In this document: positions 51,212-64,000 of the stretch, one piece after another
Numbering within the stretch: position 1 is the first letter of the stretch
Layout: the number at the start of each line of letters is the position of its first letter
Assembly (NCBI GenBank): GCA_051294905.1
Contig: CM119371.1
Location: forward strand, 23,066,001-23,130,000
DNA length: 64,000 nt
Direction: 5' to 3'
Source of the DNA: Botryllus schlosseri
Lineage: Eukaryota
Program-made: the position numbers and the translations under genes
Notes under the pieces: generated by a model
The model's input: the letters and a program-made list of their open reading frames with translations, nothing else
Database searches by the model: none
What the model was told of the DNA's origin: nothing

Positions 51212-51457
51212 GAGCGAGATGGTTTAATGGTGATGCGTACGGCTTCTTGATCGGCAGGTCGTGGGTTCGATCCCCGGCCGGGTCAGACCAAAGATTCGAA
51301 AACTGGTATTCGCAACTATCCTACTAGGCGCTCAGCATCCACGGATAGCATGGAGAAGAAAAAAAACTGAGGATGCTAATTAGATGCAACTCCGTCGTCA
51401 AAAGCATCTCGATTTAGCAGGCAAAAATGAATACACACCTTCTCTCTCTCTCTCTCT
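51212..51457 (+). mobile_element. tRNA-derived SINE
   Basis: A box tggtttaatgg, B box ggttcgatccc, body shared with 53600, (CT)n tail. Confidence 0.88.
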
Positions 51458-51519
51458 GAAGAACTCCAGTAGTTACACCACGTAATATGGTAAAAATAAT
51501 TAACATTTGTTGTAGTAGC

Positions 51520-51850
51520 CTAAAACGAAAGATACTTTCCTACATTCTCGGGTAGAAAGTGTCTTTCCTCACTAAGTAGCTTGCCAAGAATGGAGAAAGA
51601 ACGCTCAACAGCAGCAGTTGTTAGCTGACAACACTGAAATTGTGCCTTCACTGCTGGTGACACACCGTGTTGCTTCAGTCTGACAACGGTGTCTACATCA
51701 CAATTTTTCATCATGCGCTTCTTGATATAGGAATCATACAATGCCCACTCAGTCTTGCTTCAGTTAGGATATTGCGGTACCTTGAGCACCATGTCAACCT
51801 ATTTGTTTCATTTGAATCTTTATGCTTCACAATGAGCAGACAATGGGCTG
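51520..51850 (-). mobile_element. hAT transposase C-terminal remnant
   Basis: QCCQLTTAAVERSFSILGKLLSEERHFLPENVGKY (hAT dimerisation motif). Confidence 0.75.
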
Positions 51851-52389
51851 TCTACAACGGTAGACCTATAAAGTAGTATACAAACTGTAAAATGTCAAAT
51901 GATAAGTTCACCCACAGTGCAAAATCGACAATACAAACGAAATGCAGGTTGCAAAAAGAATTTTGATTTTGTAAAAAAATTTGACATTTTTTACCTAACG
52001 CTACAATTTTGACAAAATGTTGACTTTTTTGACATGTCAAAAAAATCGCCTTTCATATTATTAATAAAGGGACGATCTATGCTGTACTTCTGTGTCGTCC
52101 GGCATTTTAAAAGGTATGTAAAATTTGAATCTTGATTTTATTAACACCAATAACACAATACACCCACATTGACGTGAATCAAGCAAAACATGTGGTTTAT
52201 ATTCAATGGTAGAAGGTCTTTGAAGAGGAGATGCAACCCAAAGCTGATAAGGAATCGCGCGTGATCAAAGATTTGTCTGGCCTAAATAATGCTATCCAAT
52301 ACAGTGCTCCTAGTATAGCATATAACTTCGCTGACATGACTGATGATATATCTGTTATGCGTAAATATTGAATTGCGGTAAATTCTGCT

Positions 52390-53110
52390 ACAAAGAAAGC
52401 CCATGCAGTCCCCGAATGGCTCTTGGAACCGTCCGTTTCAATCTTGGAGTATTCAAGATATGAGGTTGATAAAGTTTCATTACCCTGGATACAATCAGCG
52501 CGGGGAGGGTCTGGTCCCAGTTAAACTCGCTCATCTGCGTATCTACATTGAGGGGCGATGCGAGCCATGGTGGTGTTGGGAGTGCGTTTGCGGTACCAAT
52601 GTCAAAACTGTCGAAGAGTGGGTTGGCTCTTGGTTGTAAAGGAAGTGAAGGGAAAGAAATTTCGATTGACATGGGAAGACCAGGTAATTGATTTCCGTCC
52701 CGGACGGGAATGCGGTGACGAGAGGATACTGCATTTGTGCGACTCGCATACCTGGTTCCTTCTCGGTGATATGTACCTTCTTCCTTACTTTCAGTGATAA
52801 GGGAAGTTCATTGCAGCAATGTTTCAGAGCAATTATAGGGGTGCTGCAGAGAACACCGCAGCAGATGCGTAGGGCAGAATGTTTCAAGACATCTAATCTT
52901 TTTCATTTGTGCGTTGGTCGTCACAAGTGTATAAGTTTCGATGTCGTATGTAATAATATTCCGTATCTGGAAACGATAGATTTTCAGCAAGGTCTGCTTG
53001 TTTGCACCCCAGGTTTTACACGCTATCAATCCGAGGAGACTCAATTGGCTGGCGCACTCTTTGAGAATTTGGTCAATGTTGGTTTTGTACGAGAGTTTGG
53101 ATCAAACATA
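52390..53110 (-). mobile_element. I/Nimb-like LINE fragment (end of RT through start of RNase H), frameshifted
   Basis: TWGANKQTLLKIYR..IR; ALRICCGVLCSTPIIAL..ELPL; TPPWL..VD; IETDGSK. Confidence 0.8.
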
Positions 53111-53599
53111 CTCTACATTTGCTATCGTGGGGATTGTTTAATGGAAGTGTTTCTTACTAAAAATTTAAACATTGGTTAGAAATGTGCTGATATAGATACA
53201 CTAATTTTTCTATCTACTCAAAATAGCTTCGCGGGCCTGATGAAATCGTCTGGAGGGCAGTATGTTTGACACCCCTGAGCAAAGCTATTAAAATCAGTCT
53301 TAAATGAAAGCCAATGTCGTACTGATTCCGATAACATATATTTAGTCTGATAGGGGGCGTAGGGGCATAGTAAATCCACCACATTGCTATTAAACTCTGA
53401 AATCACTGTTGTTTCGAAGAATTATATCGCCGCAATTAAATGAAATATCACGTCGTTCCATGCACCATTATTTGCCCCCTCACACGATGCGGTCCAATTC
53501 TTTTACTATTGAACATTTATACCTTCTTTGACTTATCAGCGCGGACCACCTTTCTGGGGAGTCCGAACATATGTCTGTTTCAAGCTTTTGACAGCCCAT

Positions 53600-53854
53600 G
53601 AGCGAGATAGTGTAATGGTTATGCGTCCGGCTTCTCGATCGGTAGGTCGTGGATTCGATCCCCGGCCGGGTCATATCAAAGACTCGAAAAGTGGTATCCA
53701 CAGCTATCCTGCTAGGCGCTCAGCAATCACGGATAGCATGGAGGAGAAAAGAAACGGGGGCGCTGACTAGATGACCTCACGGCCGCAGGGCAACTCCGTC
53801 GTCAAAGCATCTCGTTGGTGCAGGCGAAAAAGAATATCATATCTCTCTCTCTCT
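53600..53854 (+). mobile_element. tRNA-derived SINE
   Basis: A box tagtgtaatgg, B box gattcgatccc, (CT)n tail, flanking direct repeat cccatgag. Confidence 0.9.
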
Positions 53855-56829
53855 CCCATGAGAACGTAGTTTTGACTTCTTTTCACAACTAATTATTTAC
53901 ATGAGCAAGTTTCAAAGCGAACAAATTCTACTTCCAATTGAATTATTTTGGGCTGCTTATGAATGCACTACCTCTTTTCGTATACTTGAGTTGCATTTTT
54001 CGGCTCTACTTCTACTTCTACTACTTAAATAGTATATGATGAAGCAGTACTTAACAACTTGACATACAAACACTTGGACGTCAAAACGAATTCAGTGGCC
54101 TCAATGCTCAATCAACTATTTGCAATTTTTTTACGCAAATGAGATTATGACATGGTATGTTAATCACGGGCTTTATAATTTGGGATTTCCCATGCGTAAC
54201 CAATTTATATTAATGTCAGCTGCTCCTTTTTTTCTAGTTTGCTTATCATAGTTTACGTAACTGCTCGACGCGGCTAAAATGTTGTACATGAGTGCGTGAG
54301 TCACTTCAAAGTACAAAGACATAGAAGATATTTGATAGCCCCCGTGCAATATCGTCAGAGTTCGATGGCATGGAATGAATAAAATAGAATGTGTTTTCGA
54401 GCTTCTCATAAACACAGTGTTGTTGCTCAGTCATAATGAGCAGTAGTCGATATCTAAAATATGTACCGTACGTTGTAATTGGTGATTGATAACATGCTAA
54501 AATTTATTTAATAAATGATGGTTTAAGTGGTAAAACGCACCTTTGCTGTACTATAACAACGTAATTCTGGAAAGGATTTGTGGTATACAGCAATGATTCC
54601 AAAACTGTGTGCCGCCACAGATTCTCAGGTGTGCCGCGAACATTTTTGAGGTTTTGGAAAAGAACTCTATAAATACTTTGAAAAAGGACTGAAGACTAGC
54701 ATATGTGATTTAAAGACACTTGAACCTCGTCAACAGCTGATAAATAAGCATCAGTGACAATGAAATCGGTTATTGAATCCTAATAAATCGAGCAATCATA
54801 CCGCAGAAGTACAACGGCTAATTGATTTACGAAAATGCGCAAATAAAATTTAAAGCTATTTCTTCACAAAAAATTGGATGAGTTTTAGTTGTCTGCTAGC
54901 AAATCCTGTTCCATGATCGGTGCAAAAAAATAAACATTACTGTTACATTTGCACCTTAGTGGCTAGATTGAGATGGCTTTTCTTTTTTTGGGTGAAATTG
55001 AAAGTTGTAAACGAGAGGTGTTGGTTAACCAATTCTATGCTGCATTACCGTATCTTTTCCGAGGCAGGATTTCAGAGGCTGCGATCCCCTTTGGTCTTGC
55101 AGCAACTCATTCTGTGTATATTCTGCTATCAGCACTTGCAATATTCTGGAGCTTCGGTTCGAAACTCTCAAGACCAATGTTCCCTCGAATTTCCCACTAT
55201 TCTTCGCGCACTCACGCGCGCAATGACTGAAAAAATGTCATCACTTCTGCTTTCTTGTGCGCGGCACACGTTTTTCTGTGCGCGGCACCTTTAGCCTAAA
55301 TCGTCGGGCATTATCCCTGAAGACGCAAGTGATCACATGCAGTATTCTCAATCTATTTAATCCACAACAAAATCGCAAACTCAAATGTAGCCCACTCGTA
55401 TTGTGTTCCTATGGTTTCTTTGCTTTACGATAACTAGACAGGATATACGTTGAATGCGATATACGGCGGACTAGCCGCGGTCTAATTTCTTTGTGAATAT
55501 CAAAATCCTGCCAGTGACTTTCCGATGGTACATAGAATTTCGCCTCACTATGCGATTCCAGAAAACGGTTACTGGTAGCCATTTCTAACACATATACCGT
55601 AAATCTTGATTTTTTTTTGATCTTTTGATATCTATTAAATGTCTGATATTGCTTATTATTCAACTCCCCGTACAGTGTAAATCCCTATGAAATCATCCTT
55701 TTGTGCGAATTTACAACCGTACCCAACAGTCCCTACAGTATGTCCCGGGATATTGAAGATCAGGATGGAATAAGGTGACCTATTATTACTTTGTGATCAA
55801 GCCAATAACGGCGGCCTTCTTCGATTGGAGCTAGTAACCTCTATTCCGGCCGATATAACGAGGTCGTACAAGAAATTGGTAAAAATGCTCGAAATGGTAC
55901 GCGGATACAGAGGTTTCTGGAAGAACTGATATAGGCTACTCCTCGCCATCCCATGTGAGAAATCGGTGTCATAAAACAGCCTGGAAGTGGGCCGTGCTCC
56001 GAGTAATCAGATGCGGAATCATAATAAAGATTATCGGCCTGGTGTAAATGATCATTGTAGTCAATCAATATGAATAGCACAAACAATGACAAAGGAGAAA
56101 GCGCATATCTTATCATTAATTTGTGTTTTACATGGAATACGAAGCCGATGGGAGTGCCTTGCGTAGCGGCATTTGTTTGCTGATTTAGGTCAAATCGGAC
56201 TGGATTGCTGCAATTCCCGATCAATGTTCGCAAAGCCTTTGAAGGAAATAATGAATTCTTATACTCAGGCACACACAAAACGCATGGTCCGATCTCACGC
56301 TCCAATCAATATATCTGTAATAAAAACTCATCTCACGAATTATTGTGAGCAGGGGAACCTAACTTGTGACGCTTACGACCACAAAAAATATTTTAGAGGA
56401 GAACGTGTATTTCCTCGTCTATGCTTGAGAAAATAAGGGGTTTGGAATATTTTGTGAATTTTATAGAAAACCTTGACAATTAGAAATTTTTCGCGGCCTT
56501 CCTGAAATAGCTTCACCTAGCCCACTTGTGCATGGATCACCAACACGCAGCCGGCGTTCTGATTTAAATTTCGGAAGAACGATAAGTCAACCATTAGAAA
56601 TGCTAAAAGTTATTTCCGTTTCAAAATATTGTTGTTGTGGTTGTTTCAAAATAAGCTATTCCCCTATGCCCAGCATCACTGTTCCTCACTAACTGGAACA
56701 GCTTTGACGCCGCCAACAGCATGCTCTCAGGGGAGAATCACGTCAAAATATTATTTCCCTTCTTACTCCGATCGACGTTGAGTTTTCCTTTAATTCCAGC
56801 ATCTAATGCTGCCAATGATTGACTATTTT

Positions 56830-57163
56830 AATGGAAAGGAAAGGACGTAGTTTATTTTTGTCCTTGATGCTTTTTTTGCGGCATATACACCGACTCATGA
56901 TACACATACACACGATCTGCGCATATACATACCATGAGCGCATGATGTGCATATGCCGCTGGACAAGGAAGTGCAGATATAGCCTTTGCGGCTTTCTAAG
57001 TCATGCACCACCCCTCCATGCTATCCCAGTAATGCATGAGCGCCAAGCAGGGAAGCCATGGATACCAGTGTTACTAATCAGGTCTTTGGTCTGACCCGGC
57101 CGGGAATCGAACCCACAACCTACCGATCAAGAAGCCGGACGCTTAACCATTACGCTATCTTGT
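56830..57163 (-). mobile_element. tRNA-derived SINE, same head but different 3' body
   Basis: Reverse complement reads gatagcgtaatggttaagcgtccggcttcttgatcggtaggttgtgggttcgattcccggccgggtcagaccaaag. It diverges from the other two copies after ..gcatggagg. Confidence 0.8.
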
Positions 57164-58367
57164 CGTCATTACGCTATCTTATCATGTCATTAAAAAGAAA
57201 AGCTCATCCATGACCTCTTCCTCCCTGGAATCAATAGTTACATTACACAGTTCATCGAAATCAACCGCTTGCCAAGTCCAAGCTTGGTTCCGATCCGAGC
57301 CATTAGCAATATCGACAACGTTTACAGAGCTCGTCAAACTTCATATGTAAAGCGGGATATTCCTATTTTAAAGCAATTCGCTGGTAAACGACCCCCCCCC
57401 CACCCTTGGCAATTTCAGAATAACTTTTATATTATCTTTGATATCATTTATATTTCAATAATCAGGCATAATATGACTAACTGAATACACGGAATTCTTC
57501 CCAGACGTGCATCCTTTCTTCGTCTGCTTGAAACGCTCCATATCAGTCCTGGGAAATTGTATTTAAAAAAAAACTCGACCGCAACACACGAATTGCGAGG
57601 CATAAATCATTAATTTTATAATCAGCTAGAGCAGTTGTTCCCAACCTTTTTCGACTAGTGGACCCCTTGGCCGATATTTGAGCCGGAATTCCCCCCCTAA
57701 GAAAAAGTTGCCCGGTTACCAAAAAGGTGCTTTTTAACGCACAGCCATTTGTTGACTGAGCAATATATGCCAAAACGTTTTCAGATATGCCTTAACTATG
57801 TTGAATGCGGCCTGCATTACACTTTCATGAAGTACCGCTGACAACTTCCATATCAATTATTTGACACTAGGTCTGTTGTTATCAGTGGTGGATTTTGGTG
57901 TGGGCGGTCGTCCAGGAGCCCTTGGTCGAAGGATCCCCCCATCTTTGGTTTAAGTGCTTTTTCAAGGATTATAGCGAATAAACGTGGAAATCCGTGTACC
58001 ATTCAAGAAGATGGTTCCGTACAGATTCATCAAATCTCTGCATTTGTTAGAAAAGTTTCATAACCCGATAATCAAACTTTGACGTGGTGTGGTGGCTTAT
58101 TACTATTGTCACCCGATAGCTTGCCAAATAAATGTGGTCTATTAGCCTGCAGCAGTTGCTATCGCTGTTTTGTTATTTCACGCTTCATGCCATACATCTT
58201 CAACATGAAGACATGAGATATATTTAACTGGGTCACTTGTTTTATAATTTTACAATGTATAATAAAAGAAGGCTCAAGAGCCACATCATATGCATACATA
58301 TACATGCCTTCCTTATTTCATGATATAGATCAGCTATATATCGATCAAATATTCGTTCTGTTTACAG

Positions 58368-59814
58368 TGGTTTGAAGAGAACGTTTCGCTGGCATATGGT
58401 CAATACCGAAGACGGATATTTCGAACATGTTGAGGAGGATCGTGAGTAATTTGAAGTCTTGAACTGCGAGTCGGTGGGGCTAGATATATTGTGTGCAATT
58501 CGAAAGTTCAGGACTGCCGTTTTTAAATTAGTTCTGTAACTTGGAGTTAGGCGTATCTGATACCGTAATCGTATTTTGAAAGACAGTAGTGACACACCTT
58601 TAGCGATCGTAGACTAGGTGATTCGAAAATAAAGACAATTCAGAAAAAGTTCATATTAGAGCATATAGGTATTTGGGTCTGTATCCGGCTATACAAGATA
58701 TAGTCTCACTACTTCTACACATGCTGCTGTATGTCAAAAATCGTCTTCGAACCCCGAAAAATAGCGATGTTTCATCTGGCTTCAAGTAACATATCATTTT
58801 GAATAGCCAAAGAAGTCACTGCTGAAAGCTACGACGAAAATGGGAAACTCAACGAGGAATCAGCAGCGGAAAGTTTGTACCGTTAAATTCCTACTATATC
58901 ATTTTACACTTCTATAATAATTGCATAGAATTACTCCTGACGCATCAGGTGGAGTGCATGTTCATAACCGAATCAAGAGATTCGGATTTTGACTTGCCGT
59001 ACTTCTTGTAATAACGCCCCATAGATGTAACCTTTGAGCTAAGACTGTTATACGGTGTCCGCTCATCGGTGTATGTCTCTCGAAAATTATCGGCTTCGAT
59101 TTGAAACATATTGAGACTAGACTGAAAAATTTTCCATGTAGAAACGAAATATTACTATTATGTAGCTTGGTATCATATACTTATCGTTCCTCTCAATAAT
59201 TGTAGAGCTGTAGGTTATTAAATGTGTGAATTATTTCAGGCAAGGACATGCAAGATTCGATTCATACTTATCTCGGAGATTCCCAACACTATATTGCTTA
59301 CATCCGATGCACTGAATACGGTATGTCATTTTTCTTACCTTGTCAAGACATGACTTTAACAACACCCACAAACGTTGAAATCCTCCCGTGGCGTTAAACT
59401 TCGTAAAAAGCTGTATCGGACATTAAAGATATGTTGCAAATTTTATTGGAACTATATTTTGGTTGGGCGAAGACAAATACTTTCGTTAGTCGAAGGATGC
59501 ACACTCACTACTGCAATCAAGCCCTAATAGTTGATATTTGAGTCGGATTTGAGTAGGCCTACTCGTATTAACGTGCCCAGCCTTAATTAGGTGGCTATGC
59601 AAGACCATAGTTAAAGTAGTGGCGATCTTAGGTTACTTCATTGGAGTATGATGTTATACAATTTGTCACTGTCACAGGTTGGGTTGTTTGGATTTACACA
59701 AACGTGAAGACGGTATCGGCCGAGCTTCTTGTCTATATTCACAACGATCTACTGAAGCATGGAGTGTCGGCTCCTCTTAGATTGGGTCGTTGCAAAGATA
59801 TAAAAGATATTTGA
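58368..59814 (+). CDS. Lipocalin-like protein, copy 3 (exons 3-6; 5' exons not located)
   Basis: Exons 58368-58441 (GLKRTFRWHMVNTEDGYF), 58807-58872, 59240-59320 (HYIAYIRCTEY) and 59678-59814 (GWVVWIYT..HNDLLKHGVSAPLRLGRCKDIKDI*). Exon 4 and 5 lengths (66, 81 nt) and phases equal those of copy 2. Confidence 0.85.
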
Positions 59815-60822
59815 AAGCATCTCTGTGTTATGTTTGCTGTTCGATTGCGTGAGGTGATTATGGATTCTGATCACATTTTGTACTCAAAACTGAGTCAGAA
59901 TACACAGTATTTTTGGTCTTGTAGTCATATTCATCACTACTCACCGATTAAAATGAGCGAATACATACAGTGATTGATGGTGGACAACATGCTTGAGATT
60001 CATGAATAAACATTATTTGTGAAGAGATGATTCGTCGCTTCGACGTAATATTGTAGGGTATTGAGAAGTCGAGATGTAATTTCCAGAGGACTCGGCGAGA
60101 GCAAGCAGTTATGACACATCGGCAGCCCGTGTTATTTTTGGCATGTGACAAAAATAGCTTAATTTTGGTATTTTTTAGATTTTATTTTTGGCAGTTTGGC
60201 ATCGCCAGGAATTCGTATTTGTATACTCAAATAAACGATGTAAAACACACTATAGTGTAATCTTTCCTGTCAAACGAAAGCCCAAAGTCGTGAGGTATCC
60301 ACTCTGTGTCATGTAACAGCGTAAGTAAAATCCAAATTGGCAACGGTGTTGGGGAGTCAATTCATCAAATACAAAACAGGCCGCAATATTTATCTCGAAT
60401 AGTCGATTCGATATACCTGCATAATTACCTGCATTCACACTGATCACAATATCACTTATGATAACAATTCAAAATTGTTCCTGACACGTTTGAGTCACAG
60501 CGCTTCACTCGCTAACCAGTGGTCAGAAATCAAGTGTGGCTTTAATATTCAATATAATACGAAAACCTATCCAACGGGCAAACAAAAGAACAGTAAAGGA
60601 CTGAATGTTTGCAGGTATGTGTATGGTACGCATGGATTAGGGTTACTTCTTGGCGACTGAGGCATTTTGCAGTATGTAAGTGTGTATGTTCAATTGCTCA
60701 TTGATGAAATAATATCCCTATTGTTCAACCGGACACAGTCTATCAGTGATTGCACCATATGGTGATATTTTATTGAACAAGTTTAAAGTGAATGGAATTA
60801 TATAATACACATTGGCCTAAAT

Positions 60823-61696
60823 CAGGGTTGTCAAACATACGGCCCGCCACGCGATTTTGAAAAATGGCTGTATTATCCAGAACATTTCTAACAAATGTTG
60901 AGATTTTTAGTATGAAATAGGCCTACTTTCATCAAATAATCCCTCAAGACAGAAGATATCGAGTGTGTTCAATGTGTTCATAGGCGACATTATAACCATC
61001 CGACAGCGGTGTTGTGGTTTCACTCTAGTCACCATTAGGAACAAGTCGCTGCCATTGACACCAAATTTCGAGAGGGCAAAAAAGTGCATAGTGAGTTCAA
61101 AGTGTTATGGAAAAGTAGACCAAAAATAGTTATTTGCAGAAGTGAAAACGTCAGTTACAAACCGGTTTATACAGGTTTCATGGAGAATATAATTATGACA
61201 CAAAAATATAATATAATTATCAGTTTCGATCATGACTTAACATCTCCTCGGTCTTCAGAGAAACCCAAATCGCGATACAATAATACATCTGCCTATACGG
61301 TTAAATTTCTTGTATTCGTCGCAGTGTATAGGCCTAGGCTAACGCATGTGTCAGATTACGACTAAAACAAAGCAATCATAGCATTATGCCAACGTATATC
61401 GTTTGTAAAGTCGCTGTGTTAGCAGTTTATCTAACTATCCAAACGGCCAATAATCGTAATTTTACTAAAGCCATTGCTTGCGAATTAAGGTGCTGATAAA
61501 ATGTAACCCTATGGTCCGTGATATACCTTAAATATTATTGTGTATATAGGCTTCATAGTTGAGTAATGAGTATTCGTGTGAGAAACAAGGACATGGATTT
61601 TGAGGTAACATCTTGGAATCATTTGACTGGTCCGGCCCGCGAGTGCTCTGAAGGTTTGAATCCGGCCCGCGACGCAAGTTGAGTTTGACACCCCTG
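60823..61696. mobile_element. hAT (Charlie-type) MITE
   Basis: CAGGGTTGTCAAAC..GTTTGACACCCCTG. TSD gcctaaat/gcccaaat (7/8). The right end resembles the terminus at about 3690-3770. Confidence 0.8.
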
Positions 61697-64000
61697 GCCC
61701 AAATGCTGCATGGCCCGCGCATGCCACCTACATGAGGTAACAAAAATGAACGGGCGGTGACGACAGCAAAATGAATAATCATTGAGATATATCCTTAATT
61801 GCTGGATTTCATTTACTACCTGGGTTGACGAATTCAAAGTAAATCGTAAATCCAGATTCTAGTACTCAACTTTTTGGCCTCGACCCTGATATTTTCATTC
61901 GCATTACATAACTCCCTCGGGCGGTATACCAAGGCCTTCCGAAGGGTTCACGTGCCGAAATTTTGTAACTTAGCGTTACACAGTTGTTCTGTCGCTTCAT
62001 GCAGACTTGATAATACTTGATACCATTTCTATCTAAAACTTTCAAAACAATCTACATTTGCAAAAAGCCTTATTTTTGGCATTTTAAGATTTTTCTTTTT
62101 GACTGTTTCGGCATTTGGTTTCCGAAATGCTAAAAATAACACGGCCTGCACATCGGTGAAAGATGTCAGTGCCCTCAATATAGTACATTGATTACATGTA
62201 CCAATCACGTGGAAGTTACATACAACAAAATCGGGAAAAATACATTACAAGTCACATTCTGTGAAAATCACTAACAGTGCGTTTCAGCTGTGTCTGAATG
62301 AAATCCCGTACACTTTCGTGATACGAGTTACAGAATATATCAAGAACTGAGCCATTGCGTTACATTGTGAAACCATCTATAGATGAATCCTTACATTTAT
62401 AACCAAAATTGTGTATTATGGAGATGCTCACCATAAAACGCAGAGCTCTTCAACCGGGCGTGAATCGTACACTCCAGCCTAGGGTGTACCATGATTTTAT
62501 AAGGATGTACTAGATCCACATTAAAATGTACCGATGACTACCTATCACAATAAATAGGCAAGCTGATGCTTCAGAACTGGTTGACCGGATGTACAATATC
62601 GTAAAAGGTTCATATCAGCGGTACGTAGGTTGAAAATTAAATTCTACTTTGTGATGTCATAAGCACATATTTCTCATAATTTCACCATAGTTAATGGATA
62701 GGGCTATGGGCACAATGATTCGATTGCTCGAATCTGAATCGAATATTAATTTTAATGATTCGAGTCGAGTAGTAAAAGACGATTATTTGAGTACTGAAAT
62801 TATACGTTCCTCGCAACTGAAAGTTACTTTATCAACGAGAATTATAGTTTGGATACTAATTTTCACTGTTGAAGCCTTGAAACCTTGATTGGCCGTATCG
62901 TAGCATACGAAACATTTAGTACAAAGTTACGAACGATATTGAAAATAGCACATTGCCGAAGTCATGACCATCCCACAACATTGTCACCAAGTGCCATGAA
63001 ATCAGTATGATAGAAAAAAATACCAAAGTATCTTTAATGTGATGGATAACAGGCATTATATTCTTTCAGGTCTCATAAAAGGTACATATTTGCATAATTG
63101 CAGTGGCTTAGCCGGTGTTCGAGTTAGAGAACCAAAGCGTTAGATGGTGGTCCGGTAACCGCGAGTCACGTTTGTTATTTACCATTTTCAAGACGTTGCG
63201 GCTTTGCTCAATGCTCATTGCACATCCTTATTTTGATTAGGCCAGGAGTGACCAACCTGCGGACGTACGGCTGCATGCACTGGTAAAATAACAATTATGC
63301 GGCCCTCTAGACATTGTTAAATTAGCTGCCGTCAATAACCAATTTGAACCAACGTATTGATTCTCAAATGTTTTAATGTTTGCGATTGGCGTGATTCAGG
63401 GTGACTTGAATTTATAGTTTTTACGATAAAAGTGTCCTTGCATTCCGAACCCCACCGTAAAAATGGGAACCACAGAGGAAAAAAGGCGCCCCATAAATAA
63501 ATATCAGATTGGATTCGAGGGCGTCTCACGAACGACGGTCACATACTTATCGCGTATATCGCAGCGGCGTGTCAAAATTCCAGACCCCTTCAGTCAAATA
63601 CATCGATTCTTAGAGATAAATGTCAGAGGTCGAGTGTCGTCTATTTTCGTATACTACCTGCACATGAGGGTATATTAGGGGAGTGAACATCGGCGTCCAC
63701 TGGACCCAACTGGTTGAGAACCTGTGATCATCTTACGCTGTCTAGCGGCGAGTCTTGCGAAGCAGTTTTCGTTGTAATTCTATCAACTTACAGGAAGGGA
63801 AAATGATATTGATCGGAAACAACTCGCCAAATTATACGCAAGCGGTTTTGAGCTATACGCATGCCAATTCATTACTTCACTTATTCAGTATTTTAAAAAA
63901 GCGAAAATAATTGGAATATGCCATATCGCAGCTTCTCAATGTTGGACGCTATACCATAGTATAATTTTTAGCCTTCAATGTCACATGTTATAAGCTTGGT

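Noticed and set aside
51212..53680. tRNA genes
   Set aside because: The tRNA-like heads run into a shared body and (CT)n tail, which makes them SINEs.
50298..58300. Candidate exons 1-2 of lipocalin copy 3
   Set aside because: Several donor and acceptor sites were tried (about 52112, 55773, 57250), but none gave a signal peptide or a W-Y exon with the right phases.
60200..64000. Short ORFs at the right end of the window
   Set aside because: No recognisable motifs or consistent splice structure. The region is mostly MITE fragments.

Overview
AT-rich animal (invertebrate-type, intron-containing) genomic DNA dominated by transposon debris. No prokaryotic operon, rRNA, genuine tRNA or CRISPR array was seen. 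Host content: three paralogous spliced lipocalin-like genes. Copy 1 (minus, 24348-25477) shows exons 1-3 only. Copy 2 (minus, 41459-45596) has six exons, with its last exon split by a hAT-type insertion. Copy 3 (plus, 58368-59814) shows exons 3-6. There is also a probable small secreted-protein gene. Recognisable TEs: a Charlie/SPIN-type hAT transposase pseudogene, two THAP/P-type transposase remnants, a TTAA-flanked Kolobok element with remnants of both genes, a Zisupton/HMGXB3-like fragment, Tx1/L1 and I/Nimb LINE fragments, three tRNA-derived SINEs, many 8-bp-TSD hAT MITEs and a 1.6-kb foldback palindrome. The most unusual structure is in the first 21 kb: two tandem, diverged, decayed copies of a multi-gene unit. 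Each unit has an intron-containing tyrosine recombinase with a long C-terminal extension, a RING-finger-like gene and two orphan genes in conserved order. This is a candidate cargo-carrying tyrosine-recombinase mobile element. All translations and alignments were done by eye, and family assignments come from motif recognition rather than database searches.
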